A DNA stretch of 64,000 nt from Nemertoderma westbladi (taxonomy: Eukaryota > Animalia > Xenacoelomorpha). Of this stretch, positions 36,001-47,611 are shown piece by piece. Position 1 is the first letter of the stretch, and each line of letters opens with the position of its first letter. The DNA lies in contig JAUCBJ010003949.1 of assembly GCA_032718475.1 (NCBI GenBank), positions 42 to 64,041 of the forward strand, written 5' to 3'. The notes beneath the pieces are model-generated. The model was not told where the DNA came from. It did no database searches and saw only the letters and a program-made list of their open reading frames with translations. A program made the translations under genes and the position numbers.

Positions 36001-39000
36001 CCCACCCGCCTCGTTTATTCCCGCCCCCTTGTCTCCACCCGCCTCGTTTATTCCCGCCCCCTTGTCTCCACCCGCCTCGTTTATTCCCTCCCCCTTGTCT
36101 CCACCCGCCTCGTTTATTCCCTCCCCCTTGTCTCCACCCGCCTCGTTTATTCCCGCCCCCTTGTCTCCACCCGCCTCGTTTATTCCCGCCCCCTTGTCTC
36201 CCACCCGCCTCGTTTATTCCCGCCCCCTTGTCTCCACCCGCCTCGTTTATTCCCGCCCCCTTGTCTCCACCCGCCTCGTTTATTCCCGCCCCCTTGTCTC
36301 CCACCCGCCTCGTTTATTCCCGCCCCCTTGTCTCCACCCGCCTCGTTTATTCCCGCCCCCTTGTCTCCACCCGCCTCGTTTATTCCCGCCCCCTTGTCTC
36401 CACCCGCCTCGTTTATTCCCGCCCCCTTGTCTCCACCCGCCTCGTTTATTCCCGCCCCCTTGTCTCCACCCGCCTCGTTTATTCCCTCCCCCTTGTCTCC
36501 ACCCGCCTCGTTTATTCCCTCCCCCTTGTCTCCACCCGCCTCGTTTATTCCCGCCCCCTTGTCTCCACCCGCCTCGTTTATTCCCGCCCCCTTGTCTCCA
36601 CCCGCCTCGTTTATTCCCGCCCCCTTGTCTCCACCCGCCTCGTTTATTCCCTCCCCCTTGTCTCCCACCCGCCTCGTTTATTCCCGCCCCCTTGTCTCCA
36701 CCCGCCTCGTTTATTCCCGCCCCCTTGTCTCCACCCGCCTCGTTTATTCCCTCCCCCTTGTCTCCACCCGCCTCGTTTATTCCCGCCCCCTTGTCTCCAC
36801 CCGCCTCGTTTATTCCCGCCCCCTTGTCTCCACCCGCCTCGTTTATTCCCTCCCCCTTGTCTCCACCCGCCTCGTTTATTCCCTCCCCCTTGTCTCCACC
36901 CGCCTCGTTTATTCCCGCCCCCTTGTCTCCTACCCGCCTCGTTTATTCCCGCCCCCTTGTCTCCACCCGCCTCGTTTATTCCCTCCCCCTTGTCTCCACC
37001 CGCCTCGTTTATTCCCGCCCCCTTGTCTCCACCCGCCTCGTTTATTCCCGCCCCCTTGTCTCCACCCGCCTCGTTTATTCCCTCCCCCTTGTCTCCCACC
37101 CGCCTCGTTTATTCCCGCCCCCTTGTCTCCCACCCGCCTCGTTTATTCCCGCCCCCTTGTCTCCACCCGCCTCGTTTATTCCCTCCCCCTTGTCTCCACC
37201 CGCCTCGTTTATTCCCTCCCCCTTGTCTCCACCCGCCTCGTTTATTCCCGCCCCCTTGTCTCCTACCCGCCTCGTTTATTCCCGCCCCCTTGTCTCCACC
37301 CGCCTCGTTTATTCCCGCCCCCTTGTCTCCACCCGCCTCGTTTATTCCCTCCCCCTTGTCTCCACCCGCCTCGTTTATTCCCGCCCCCTTGTCTCCACCC
37401 GCCTCGTTTATTCCCGCCCCCTTGTCTCCACCCGCCTCGTTTATTCCCTCCCCCTTGTCTCCACCCGCCTCGTTTATTCCCTCCCCCTTGTCTCCACCCG
37501 CCTCGTTTATTCCCTCCCCCTTGTCTCCACCCGCCTCGTTTATTCCCCCCCCTTGTCTCCACCCGCCTCGTTTATTCCCGCCCCCTTGTCTCCACCCGCC
37601 TCGTTTATTCCCTCCCCCTTGTCTCCACCCGCCTCGTTTATTCCCGCCCCCTTGTCTCCACCCGCCTCGTTTATTCCCTCCCCCTTGTCTCCACCCGCCT
37701 CGTTTATTCCCTCCCCCTTGTCTCCACCCGCCTCGTTTATTCCCGCCCCCTTGTCTCCACCCGCCTCGTTTATTCCCGCCCCCTTGTCTCCACCCGCCTC
37801 GTTTATTCCCTCCCCCTTGTCTCCACCCGCCTCGTTTATTCCCTCCCCCTTGTCTCCACCCGCCTCGTTTATTCCCGCCCCCCTTGTCTCCACCCGCCTC
37901 GTTTATTCCCGCCCCCTTGTCTCCACCCGCCTCGTTTATTCCCGCCCCCTTGTCTCCACCCGCCTCGTTTATTCCCTCCCCCTTGTCTCCACCCGCCTCG
38001 TTTATTCCCTCCCCCTTGTCTCCACCCGCCTCGTTTATTCCCGCCCCCTTGTCTCCACCCGCCTCGTTTATTCCCGCCCCCTTGTCTCCACCCGCCTCGT
38101 TTATTCCCGCCCCCTTGTCTCCACCCGCCTCGTTTATTCCCGCCCCCTTGTCTCCTACCCGCCTCGTTTATTCCCGCCCCCCTTGTCTCCACCCGCCTCG
38201 TTTATTCCCGCCCCCTTGTCTCCACCCCCCTCGTTTATTCCCTCCCCCTTGTCTCCACCCGCCTCGTTTATTCCCGCCCCCTTGTCTCCACCCGCCTCGT
38301 TTATTCCCTCCCCCTTGTCTCCACCCGCCTCGTTTATTCCCGCCCCCTTGTCTACACCCGCCTCGTTTATTCCCTCCCCCTTGTCTCCACCCGCCTCGTT
38401 TATTCTCGCTCCCTTGTCTCCACCCGCCTCGTTTATTCCCGCCCCCTTGTCTCCCACCCGCCTCGTATATTCCCGCCCAATTGTCTCCACCTGCCTCGTT
38501 TATTCCCGCCCCCTTGTCTCCTACCCGCCTCGTTTATTCCCTCCCCCTTGTCTCCACCCGCCTCGTTTATTCCCTCCCCCTTGTCTCCACCCGCCTCGTT
38601 TATTCCCGCCCCCTTGTCTCCCACCCGCCTCGTTTATTCCCGCCCCCTTGTCTCCACCCGCCTCGTTTATTCCCGCCCCCTTGTCTCCACCCGCCTCCTT
38701 TATTCCCGCCCCCTTGTCTCCACCCGCCTCGTTTATTCCCGCCCCCTTGTCTCCACCCGCCTCCTTTATTCCCGCCCCCTTGTCTCCACCCGCCTCGTTT
38801 ATTCCCTCCCCCTTGTCTCCCACCCGCCTCGTTTATTCCCGCCCCCTTGTCTCCACCCGCCTCCTTTATTCCCTCCCCCTTGTCTCCACCCGCCTCGTTT
38901 ATTCCCTCCCCCTTGTCTCCACCCGCCTCGTTTATTCCCGCCCCCTTGTCTCCACCCGCCTCCTTTATTCCCGCCCCCTTGTCTCCACCCGCCTCCTTTA

Positions 39001-42000
39001 TTCCCTCCCCCTTGTCTCCACCCGCCTCGTTTATTCTCTCCCCCTTGTCTCCCACCCACCTCGTTTATTCCCTCCCCCTTGTCTCCACCCGCCTCGTTTA
39101 TTCCCGCCCCCTTGTCTCCTACCCGCCTCGTTTATTCCCTCCCCCTTGTCTCCACCCGCCTCCTTTATTCCCGCCCCCTTGTCTCCACCCGCCTCCTTTA
39201 TTCCCTCCCCCTTGTCTCCACCCGCCTCGTTTATTCCCTCCCCCTTGTCTCCCACCCGCCTCGTTTATTCCCGCCCCCTTGTCTCCACCCGCCTCGTTTA
39301 TTCCCGCCCCCTTGTCTCCACCCGCCTCCTTTATTCCCGCCCCCTTGTCTCCACCCGCCTCCTTTATTCCCTCCCCCTTGTCTCCACCCGCCTCGTTTAT
39401 TCCCTCCCCCTTGTCTCCCACCCGCCTCGTTTATTCCCGCCCCCTTGTCTCCACCCGCCTCGTTTATTCCCGCCCCCTTGTCTCCACCCGCCTCGTTTAT
39501 TCCCGCCCCCTTGTCTCCACCCGCCTCGTTTATTCCCGCCCCCTTGTCTCCACCCGCCTCGTTTATTCCCTCCCCCTTGTCTCCACCCGCCTCGTTTATT
39601 CCCGCCCCCTTGTCTCCACCCGCCTCGTTTATTCCCGCCCCCTTGTCTCCACCCGCCTCGTTTATTCCCTCCCCCTTGTCTCCACCCGCCTCGTTTATTC
39701 CCGCCCCCTTGTCTCCACCCGCCTCGTTTATTCCCGCCCCCTTGTCTCCACCCGCCTCGTTTATTCCCTCCCCCTTGTCTCCACCCGCCTCGTTTATTCC
39801 CGCCCCCTTGTCTCCACCCGCCTCGTTTATTCCCTCCCCCTTGTCTCCACCCGCCTCGTTTATTCCCTCCCCCTTGTCTCCACCCGCCTCGTTTATTCCC
39901 TCCCCCTTGTCTCCCACCCGCCTCGTTTATTCCCGCCCCCTTGTCTCCCACCCGCCTCGTTTATTCCCGCCCCCTTGTCTCCACCCGCCTCGTTTATTCC
40001 CGCCCCCTTGTCTCCCACCCGCCTCGTTTATTCCCTCCCCCTTGTCTCCCACCCGCCTCGTTTATTCCCTCCCCCTTGTCTCCACCCGCCTCGTTTATTC
40101 CCTCCCCCTTGTCTCCACCCGCCTCGTTTATTCCCGCCCCCTTGTCTCCCACCCGCCTCGTTTATTCCCGCCCCCTTGTCTCCCACCCGCCTCGTTTATT
40201 CCCGCCCCCTTGTCTCCACCCGCCTCGTTTATTCCCTCCCCCTTGTCTCCACCCGCCTCGTTTATTCCCTCCCCCTTGTCTCCACCCGCCTCGTTTATTC
40301 CCGCCCCCTTGTCTCCACCCGCCTCGTTTATTCCCGCCCCCTTGTCTCCACCCGCCTCGTTTATTCCCGCCCCCTTGTCTCCACCCGCCTCGTTTATTCC
40401 CTCCCCCTTGTCTCCACCCGCCTCGTTTATTCCCGCCCCCTTGTCTCCACCCGCCTCGTTTATTCCCGCCCCCTTGTCTCCACCCGCCTCCTTTATTCCC
40501 TCCCCCTTGTCTCCACCCGCCTCGTTTATTCCCTCCCCCTTGTCTCCACCCGCCTCGTTTATTCCCGCCCCCTTGTCTCCACCCGCCTCGTTTATTCCCG
40601 CCCCCTTGTCTCCACCCGCCTCCTTTATTCCCGCCCCCTTGTCTCCACCCGCCTCCTTTATTCCCTCCCCCTTGTCTCCACCCGCCTCGTTTATTCCCGC
40701 CCCCTTGTCTCCACCCGCCTCGTTTATTCCCGCCCCCTTGTCTCCCACCCGCCTCGTTTATTCCCGCCCCCTTGTCTCCACCCGCCTCGTTTATTCCCGC
40801 CCCCTTGTCTCCCACCCGCCTCGTTTATTCCCGCCCCCTTGTCTCCACCCGCCTCGTTTATTCCCGCCCCCTTGTCTCCACCCGCCTCGTTTATTCCCGC
40901 CCCCTTGTCTCCACCCGCCTCGTTTATTCCCTCCCCCTTGTCTCCACCCGCCTCGTTTATTCCCTCCCCCTTGTCTCCACCCGCCTCGTTTATTCCCGCC
41001 CCCTTGTCTCCACCCGCCTCGTTTATTCCCGCCCCCTTGTCTCCACCCGCCTCGTTTATTCCCGCCCCCTTGTCTCCACCCGCCTCGTTTATTCCCTCCC
41101 CCTTGTCTCCACCCGCCTCGTTTATTCCCTCCCCCTTGTCTCCACCCGCCTCGTTTATTCCCGCCCCCTTGTCTCCACCCGCCTCCTTTATTCCCTCCCC
41201 CTTGTCTCCACCCGCCTCGTTTATTCCCGCCCCCTTGTCTCCACCCGCCTCGTTTATTCCCGCCCCCTTGTCTCCACCCGCCTCGTTTATTCCCGCCCCC
41301 TTGTCTCCCACCCGCCTCGTTTATTCCCGCCCCCTTGTCTCCCACCCGCCTCGTTTATTCCCGCCCCCTTGTCTCCACCCGCCTCGTTTATTCCCTCCCC
41401 CTTGTCTCCCACCCGCCTCGTTTATTCCCGCCCCCTTGTCTCCACCCGCCTCGTTTATTCCCGCCCCCTTGTCTCCACCCGCCTCGTTTATTCCCTCCCC
41501 CTTGTCTCCCACCCGCCTCGTTTATTCCCTCCCCCTTGTCTCCACCCGCCTCGTTTATTCCCGCCCCCTTGTCTCCACCCGCCTCGTTTATTCCCTCCCC
41601 CTTGTCTCCACCCGCCTCGTTTATTCCCGCCCCCTTGTCTCCACCCGCCTCGTTTATTCCCGCCCCCTTGTCTCCACCCGCCTCGTTTATTCCCGCCCCC
41701 TTGTCTCCACCCGCCTCGTTTATTCCCGCCCCCTTGTCTCCACCCGCCTCGTTTATTCCCGCCCCCTTGTCTCCACCCGCCTCGTTTATTCCCGCCCCCT
41801 TGTCTCCACCCGCCTCGTTTATTCCCGCCCCCTTGTCTCCACCCGCCTCGTTTATTCCCGCCCCCTTGTCTCCACCCGCCTCGTTTATTCCCGCCCCCTT
41901 GTCTCCCACCCGCCTCGTTTATTCCCGCCCCCTTGTCTCCACCCGCCTCGTTTATTCCCGCCCCCTTGTCTCCACCCGCCTCGTTTATTCCCGCCCCCTT

Positions 42001-44223
42001 GTCTCCCACCCGCCTCGTTTATTCCCGCCCCCTTGTCTCCACCCGCCTCGTTTATTCCCGCCCCCTTGTCTCCACCCGCCTCGTTTATTCCCGCCCCCTT
42101 GTCTCCACCCGCCTCGTTTATTCCCTCCCCCTTGTCTCCACCCGCCTCGTTTATTCCCTCCCCCTTGTCTCCACCCGCCTCGTTTATTCCCTCCCCCTTG
42201 TCTCCACCCGCCTCGTTTATTCCCGCCCCCTTGTCTCCACCCGCCTCGTTTATTCCCGCCCCCTTGTCTCCCACCCGCCTCCTTTATTCCCTCCCCCTTG
42301 TCTCCACCCGCCTCGTTTATTCCCGCCCCCTTGTCTCCACCCGCCTCGTTTATTCCCGCCCCCTTGTCTCCACCCGCCTCGTTTATTCCCGCCCCCTTGT
42401 CTCCACCCGCCTCGTTTATTCCCGCCCCCTTGTCTCCACCCGCCTCGTTTATTCCCGCCCCCTTGTCTCCACCCGCCTCGTTTATTCCCGCCCCCTTGTC
42501 TCCACCCGCCTCGTTTATTCCCGCCCCCTTGTCTCCACCCGCCTCGTTTATTCCCGCCCCCTTGTCTCCACCCGCCTCGTTTATTCCCGCCCCCTTGTCT
42601 CCCACCCGCCTCGTTTATTCCCGCCCCCTTGTCTCCACCCGCCTCGTTTATTCCCGCCCCCTTGTCTCCACCCGCCTCGTTTATTCTCCGCCCCCTTGTC
42701 TCCCACCCGCCTCCTTTATTCCCTCCCCCTTGTCTCCACCCGCCTCGTTTATTCCCTGCCCCCTTGTCTCCACCCGCCTCGTTTATTCCCGCCCCCTTGT
42801 CTCCACCCGCCTCGTTTATTCCCGCCCCCTTGTCTCCACCCGCCTCGTTTATTCCCGCCCCCTTGTCTCCACCCGCCTCGTTTATTCCCGCCCCCTTGTC
42901 TCCACCCGCCTCGTTTATTCCCGCCCCCTTGTCTCCACCCGCCTCGTTTATTCCCGCCCCCTTGTCTCCACCCGCCTCGTTTATTCTCCCCCCCTTGTCT
43001 CCACCCGCCTCGTTTATTCCCTCCCCCTTGTCTCCACCCGCCTCGTTTACCCCCCCTCTCCCCCCCCGCCTCCCCCTTGTCTCCCACCCGCCTCGTTTAT
43101 TCCCGCCCCCTTGTCTCCCACCCGCCTCGTTTATTCCCGCCCCCTTGTCTCCACCCGCCTCGTTTATTCCCTCCCCCTTGTCTCCACCCGCCTCGTTTAT
43201 TCCCTCCCCCTTGTCTCCACCCGCCTCCTTTATTCCCTCCCCCTTGTCTCCACCCGCCTCGTTTATTCCCTCCCCCTTGTCTCCCACCCGCCTCGTTTAT
43301 TCCCGCCCCCTTGTCTCCCACCCGCCTCGTTTATTCCCACCCCCTTGTCTCCACCCGCCTCGTTTATTCCCGCCCCCTTGTCTCCACCCGCCTCGTTTAT
43401 TCCCACCCCCTTGTCTCCACCCGCCTCGTTTATTCCCGCCCCCTTGTCTCCACCCGCCTCGTTTATTCCCGCCCCCTTGTCTCCACCCGCCTCGTTTATT
43501 CCCGCCCCCTTGTCTCCACCCGCCTCGTTTATTCCCGCCCCCTTGTCTCCACCCGCCTCGTTTATTCCCGCCCCCTTGTCTCCACCCGCCTCGTTTATTC
43601 CCGCCCCCTTGTCTCCCACCCGCCTCGTTTATTCTCGCCCCCTTGTCTCCACCCGCCTCGTTTATTCCCTCCCCCTTGTCTCCACCCGCCTCGTTTATTC
43701 CCTCGTTTATTCCCGCCCCCTTGTCTCCCACCCGCCTCGTTTATTCCCGCCCCCTTGTCTCCACCCGCCTCGTTTATTCCCGCCCCCTTGTCTCCACCCG
43801 CCTCGTTTATTCCCGCCCCCTTGTCTCCACCCGCCTCGTTTATTCCCGCCCCCTTGTCTCCACCCGCCTCGTTTATTCCCTCCCCCTTGTCTCCACCCGC
43901 CTCGTTTATTCCCGCCCCCTTGTCTCCACCCGCCTCGTTTATTCCCTCCCCCTTGTCTCCCACCCGCCTCGTTTATTCCCGCCCCCTTGTCTCCACCCGC
44001 CTCGTTTATTCCCGCCCCCTTGTCTCCACCCGCCTCGTTTATTCCCTCCCCCTTGTCTCCACCCGCCTCGTTTATTCCCTCCCCCTTGTCTCCACCCGCC
44101 TCGTTTATTCCCGCCCCCTTGTCTCCACCCGCCTCGTTTATTCCCTCCCCCTTGTCTCCACCCGCCTCGTTTATTCCCGCCCCCTTGTCTCCACCCGCCT
44201 CGTTTATTCCCGCCCCCTTGTCT
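33070..44223. repeat. 11.15-kb minisatellite, 33/34-bp unit, roughly 335 copies
   Basis: Unit CCC(G/T)CCCCCTTGTCTCC(C)ACCCGCCTC(G/C)TTTATT; copy number estimated as length divided by unit size. Confidence 0.99.
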
Positions 44224-45165
44224 ATTCGGGACCCTATAACTAAAACGAATCTAAGGGATTATTTTTTAGTTCAGTTTCCTATTTATAACACAATACCTAT
44301 TTTTGGTGTCGCATTACTTTATATAATTTTAATACGTAACTATTGGAAATGTCTTTTATGGTTTTAAATTTGTACTATACATAGACCGTCCGGTGTTGTA
44401 TAATGATATTTTAATTGAATTTATCATAAATATTATGTTTGTCATTAAACTAGACATGAAGTAGATAATATTATTTTTATTGTTTTTTTCTGATTGAATA
44501 CCATTTGGTTTCCTTCTCTTCGGAATATTGTCATTCAGCAGAATAACGCACGTTTTCTTAAAAGAATGCTGATCCTGATGTTTAATTAATTGATTTTTAA
44601 TTAATTGCATCTTTAGTGAATTCAAATAGAACCACGAGTCGAATGTGGCTTTCAGAAAACTGTAATATCTAGTTATCACATTGGAATAAATTTGCGCTCT
44701 TTTTGAGAAATGTATTGATCTATTTGTATGTGGTCACGCCCACGCCCACGCCCACGCCCACGCCCACGCACTAATAAACCAGCAAAATTATCTGACTCTG
44801 TGTCACTGTTAGTTGTTGGCTCCCCAGTACCGAAACGAATTCTAATAACTCGGCCATGTCTTGATAAACTCATTCAGGATATTGAACAAATATTGTGAAT
44901 CTAATTTTATTTGTTTAAAGATGAATGGGTTGTATAAATTATTGGATACATTTTAAACATCTTTGAAGCATATAGAGTAAAAAATTCACTCCAAGTTCTG
45001 CAGTTATTTTACAGGTCAACTGCCTATCTACCTACTTGTAGTTTTCATAATGTAGTTTATAAAGGAAAAAAGTTTATAAGTAAACGATAGGAAACTTAAA
45101 TATTTACTTTTGTTATGTTAGGTTAGGACTATACAACTTGTTATTTACGTATTAATTGTTGACGG

Positions 45166-45560
45166 TGTAAAAGGCTGAGATAACTCACTCTTGAATTGAC
45201 TCCCCAGCCATCTCAGACTAGGCTGAGAACACTCCCCACCCCAGTCGTCTCAGCCTAGGTTGATAACACTCCCTAGTTATCTTAGCCTCGGCTGAGAACA
45301 CTCCCCTTAGGCTGAGATGACTCCCCTAATTGAGTTATAATTCATATCCGTACCTGTGTTATTTTCGTATATTGAAAAAATAAAACTGTAACCTATATTA
45401 TTGAGATATCTTTTATTGTTTTGGTTAGAAAAGCCCGCCACTGTAACCTGCTCCTTTCCGTTAATTAAGAAATCTAGTGAGAAAACTGGGGAGTGTTCCC
45501 AGCCTAGACTGAGATGACTGGGGGGTCATATTTGGCGGGGAGTTATCTCAGCCTGTTACA
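45166..45560. mobile_element. MITE with TGT...ACA termini and a 4-bp TSD (Ginger-like)
   Basis: TIRs TGTAAAAGGCTGAGATAACTC / GAGTTATCTCAGCCTGTTACA; ACGG on both flanks (45162-45165 and 45561-45564); internal TCTCAGCCTAGGCTGAGA palindromes. Confidence 0.75.
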
Positions 45561-46628
45561 ACGGCGTTGTTTGTCAGATAACTCGATAAACAAATATGCC
45601 GTCGTCTTTCCGCGGGTAAGTTTTGAAGGGCTTCAAAATGCACTTTTTCAATGGCTAAAAATGCTAATTTATACCAAAGTTCACCTGATCATCAGTAGTC
45701 CCGACATTACCATGTCTGATTAAACAACCTGATTAGGTTCCTACTATTTAACCCGTGGCTGCGACATTTTAATCGAATTAATAAAAATAGAAGCAAGTCG
45801 TCACTTAGAAAACGGACCCCAAAGAACTCTCTCGGACAAAATTTACAAAAATAAGCAATATTAAATATTGTTGATAGAATTCCCCAAATATTATAGGCAT
45901 CAATGTAGATCTACTTAATATTAACGAACTGCACTTTAACAATTAATTAACAAATTAATTAATTAATTAATTTTAATACTCGCCCCTTTCATTGCAAACC
46001 TAGTATCCGGTTCATAAATTCGCACAAAGACTTGTCATTACCTAGTAAATCTGTTGATTAAATTAACCAAGCAATTAAAAAAATATAAAATTGCTAACCG
46101 TAATTGAACAATTGCGTCAAATGGGCATTGTCGGGTTTTGCCATGCACGTTTTTGGAAATAGTGCGTTTTGTTATTTGTATTCCTTATGTATTTTCATAA
46201 CCAGATCAGATAATTATCGTCGTTAGGTTGCGACAATTTGCAATTTAAATATATTTAAAGTATTTACAAATTATTAATAAAACTGAACCTGAAACTATAT
46301 TGTAGCTAATGTTGTGTCTTTGGGAAAAAGCTTCTTAGCTATAATCTTATAACTCCTAGCTATAGAAAAACACTTTCCCAATGTTTTAAAGCTTTTATAA
46401 AATTCGTTCTAAAATGAAATATATTTGTTGGAGAACATATATTTTTATGCTAAATAATTGCTATCATGTTCTCCAAAAAGATACCAAAAACCTGGTATAA
46501 TATATATTTTGAGGGGTGTGTACTTAAAACGCACAAGTAGGCCTACCCTACCCCGCCATTCTACACTTACACATTTCGCATTTGAAGCCAACTCATATGT
46601 ACATAATTATCAGTTTGAAAATAAGAAA

Positions 46629-47498
46629 TTACTTTTTTTTCATTAGTTTCTCAAAGACATTGTCAATATTAGGTCGCGATCGTCGTTCTTTGTTTGTCTT
46701 CGGTTCAGTTTGTTGTGGTTCCCAAGTAGTTTCTCCTCTATTACCTTCTACACGTTGTAGTAATTTTGTGTCACGACTTGGGCTCGGCTTTGCCTTCGGA
46801 ATCCCGTATCGATAAGCTTTATTCCTCTGATGTAACCGACTAATGTCACCTTTACGCTTTACTTCCTCATCACCGGGAGGTTTCAGTTCAAGATCTTTCT
46901 TATGTTCCTTACTTTCATTTTCACAATAACAGAGAGGATCGGCACCTAATTCATTAAGTGAATTCTGGTAGTCGATATCCTTCATGGCCCTTTCGTCGTC
47001 GGATAAGAGTCGTTGTTCATCAGCTTTCTTTCGCCTTGTGAGTTCACTTTTTCGCTCATTATGGAGTTGTATGATTCTTTGTTCTTTCGTATTTTCCAAG
47101 TCCGATTTCTTGGTCTTGACTTTCTCAACACCGTCTGGCATTGGCAATGCTCTGGATGTCCGCGAGAGTACAGTTTGTCGAGTTGCCACACTTTGACGAG
47201 GTACCGTCCCTGGGGATGAGATGGATGACTTTTTTCTTGTATCAAACGACAGATCTTTCGAGCCAATGGATTTCCTTCCGTTTCTAACATTTCCATTCAT
47301 GTCATTGGCACTTTCCTTTACTTTTACATCCTTCTCCCTAATGCCCGGTGCTTCTGGTTCTGTCTTTGTAGTCTCTTCAAATCGTGCTACATTGTCAGGG
47401 AGTTCTTCACCCTCTGTAGAAGGGCTTGGAGAATTTTCTTCCACGTCACTCTCATCATTCAAAGTAGATATATCAGCTCCTTCATCTTCAGTCGCCAT
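46629..47498 (-). CDS. Uncharacterised 289-aa hydrophilic, low-complexity protein; single exon
   Basis: 870-nt ORF in AT-rich surroundings; good start context (AAGATGG); acidic N-terminus and basic C-terminus; no family recognised. Confidence 0.65.
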   Translation of the reverse strand: MATEDEGADISTLNDESDVEENSPSPSTEGEELPDNVARFEETTKTEPEAPGIREKDVKVKESANDMNGNVRNGRKSIGSKDLSFDTRKKSSISSPGTVPRQSVATRQTVLSRTSRALPMPDGVEKVKTKKSDLENTKEQRIIQLHNERKSELTRRKKADEQRLLSDDERAMKDIDYQNSLNELGADPLCYCENESKEHKKDLELKPPGDEEVKRKGDISRLHQRNKAYRYGIPKAKPSPSRDTKLLQRVEGNRGETTWEPQQTEPKTNKERRSRPNIDNVFEKLMKKK

Positions 47499-47611
47499 CT
47501 TATCAGTTTCATTTAAAGTTTGTTATTTTAAAGTTACTTTAGTTATTATATAGTTACTGTATGCTAATCGATATTACTTACTGAATGTGTTTGAATCTGT
47601 TATAATAGAAG

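Noticed and set aside
33070-44223. CRISPR-like array (repeat length 33 bp)
   Set aside because: Units are contiguous with no unique spacers, there are no cas genes, and the context is eukaryotic.
32956-44367. Three 3600-3800 aa proline-rich ORFs and dozens of Gly-rich minus-strand ORFs
   Set aside because: These are translations of a 33/34-bp satellite that lacks stops. Frequent +1 units shuffle the frames freely, so there is no sign of frame maintenance.
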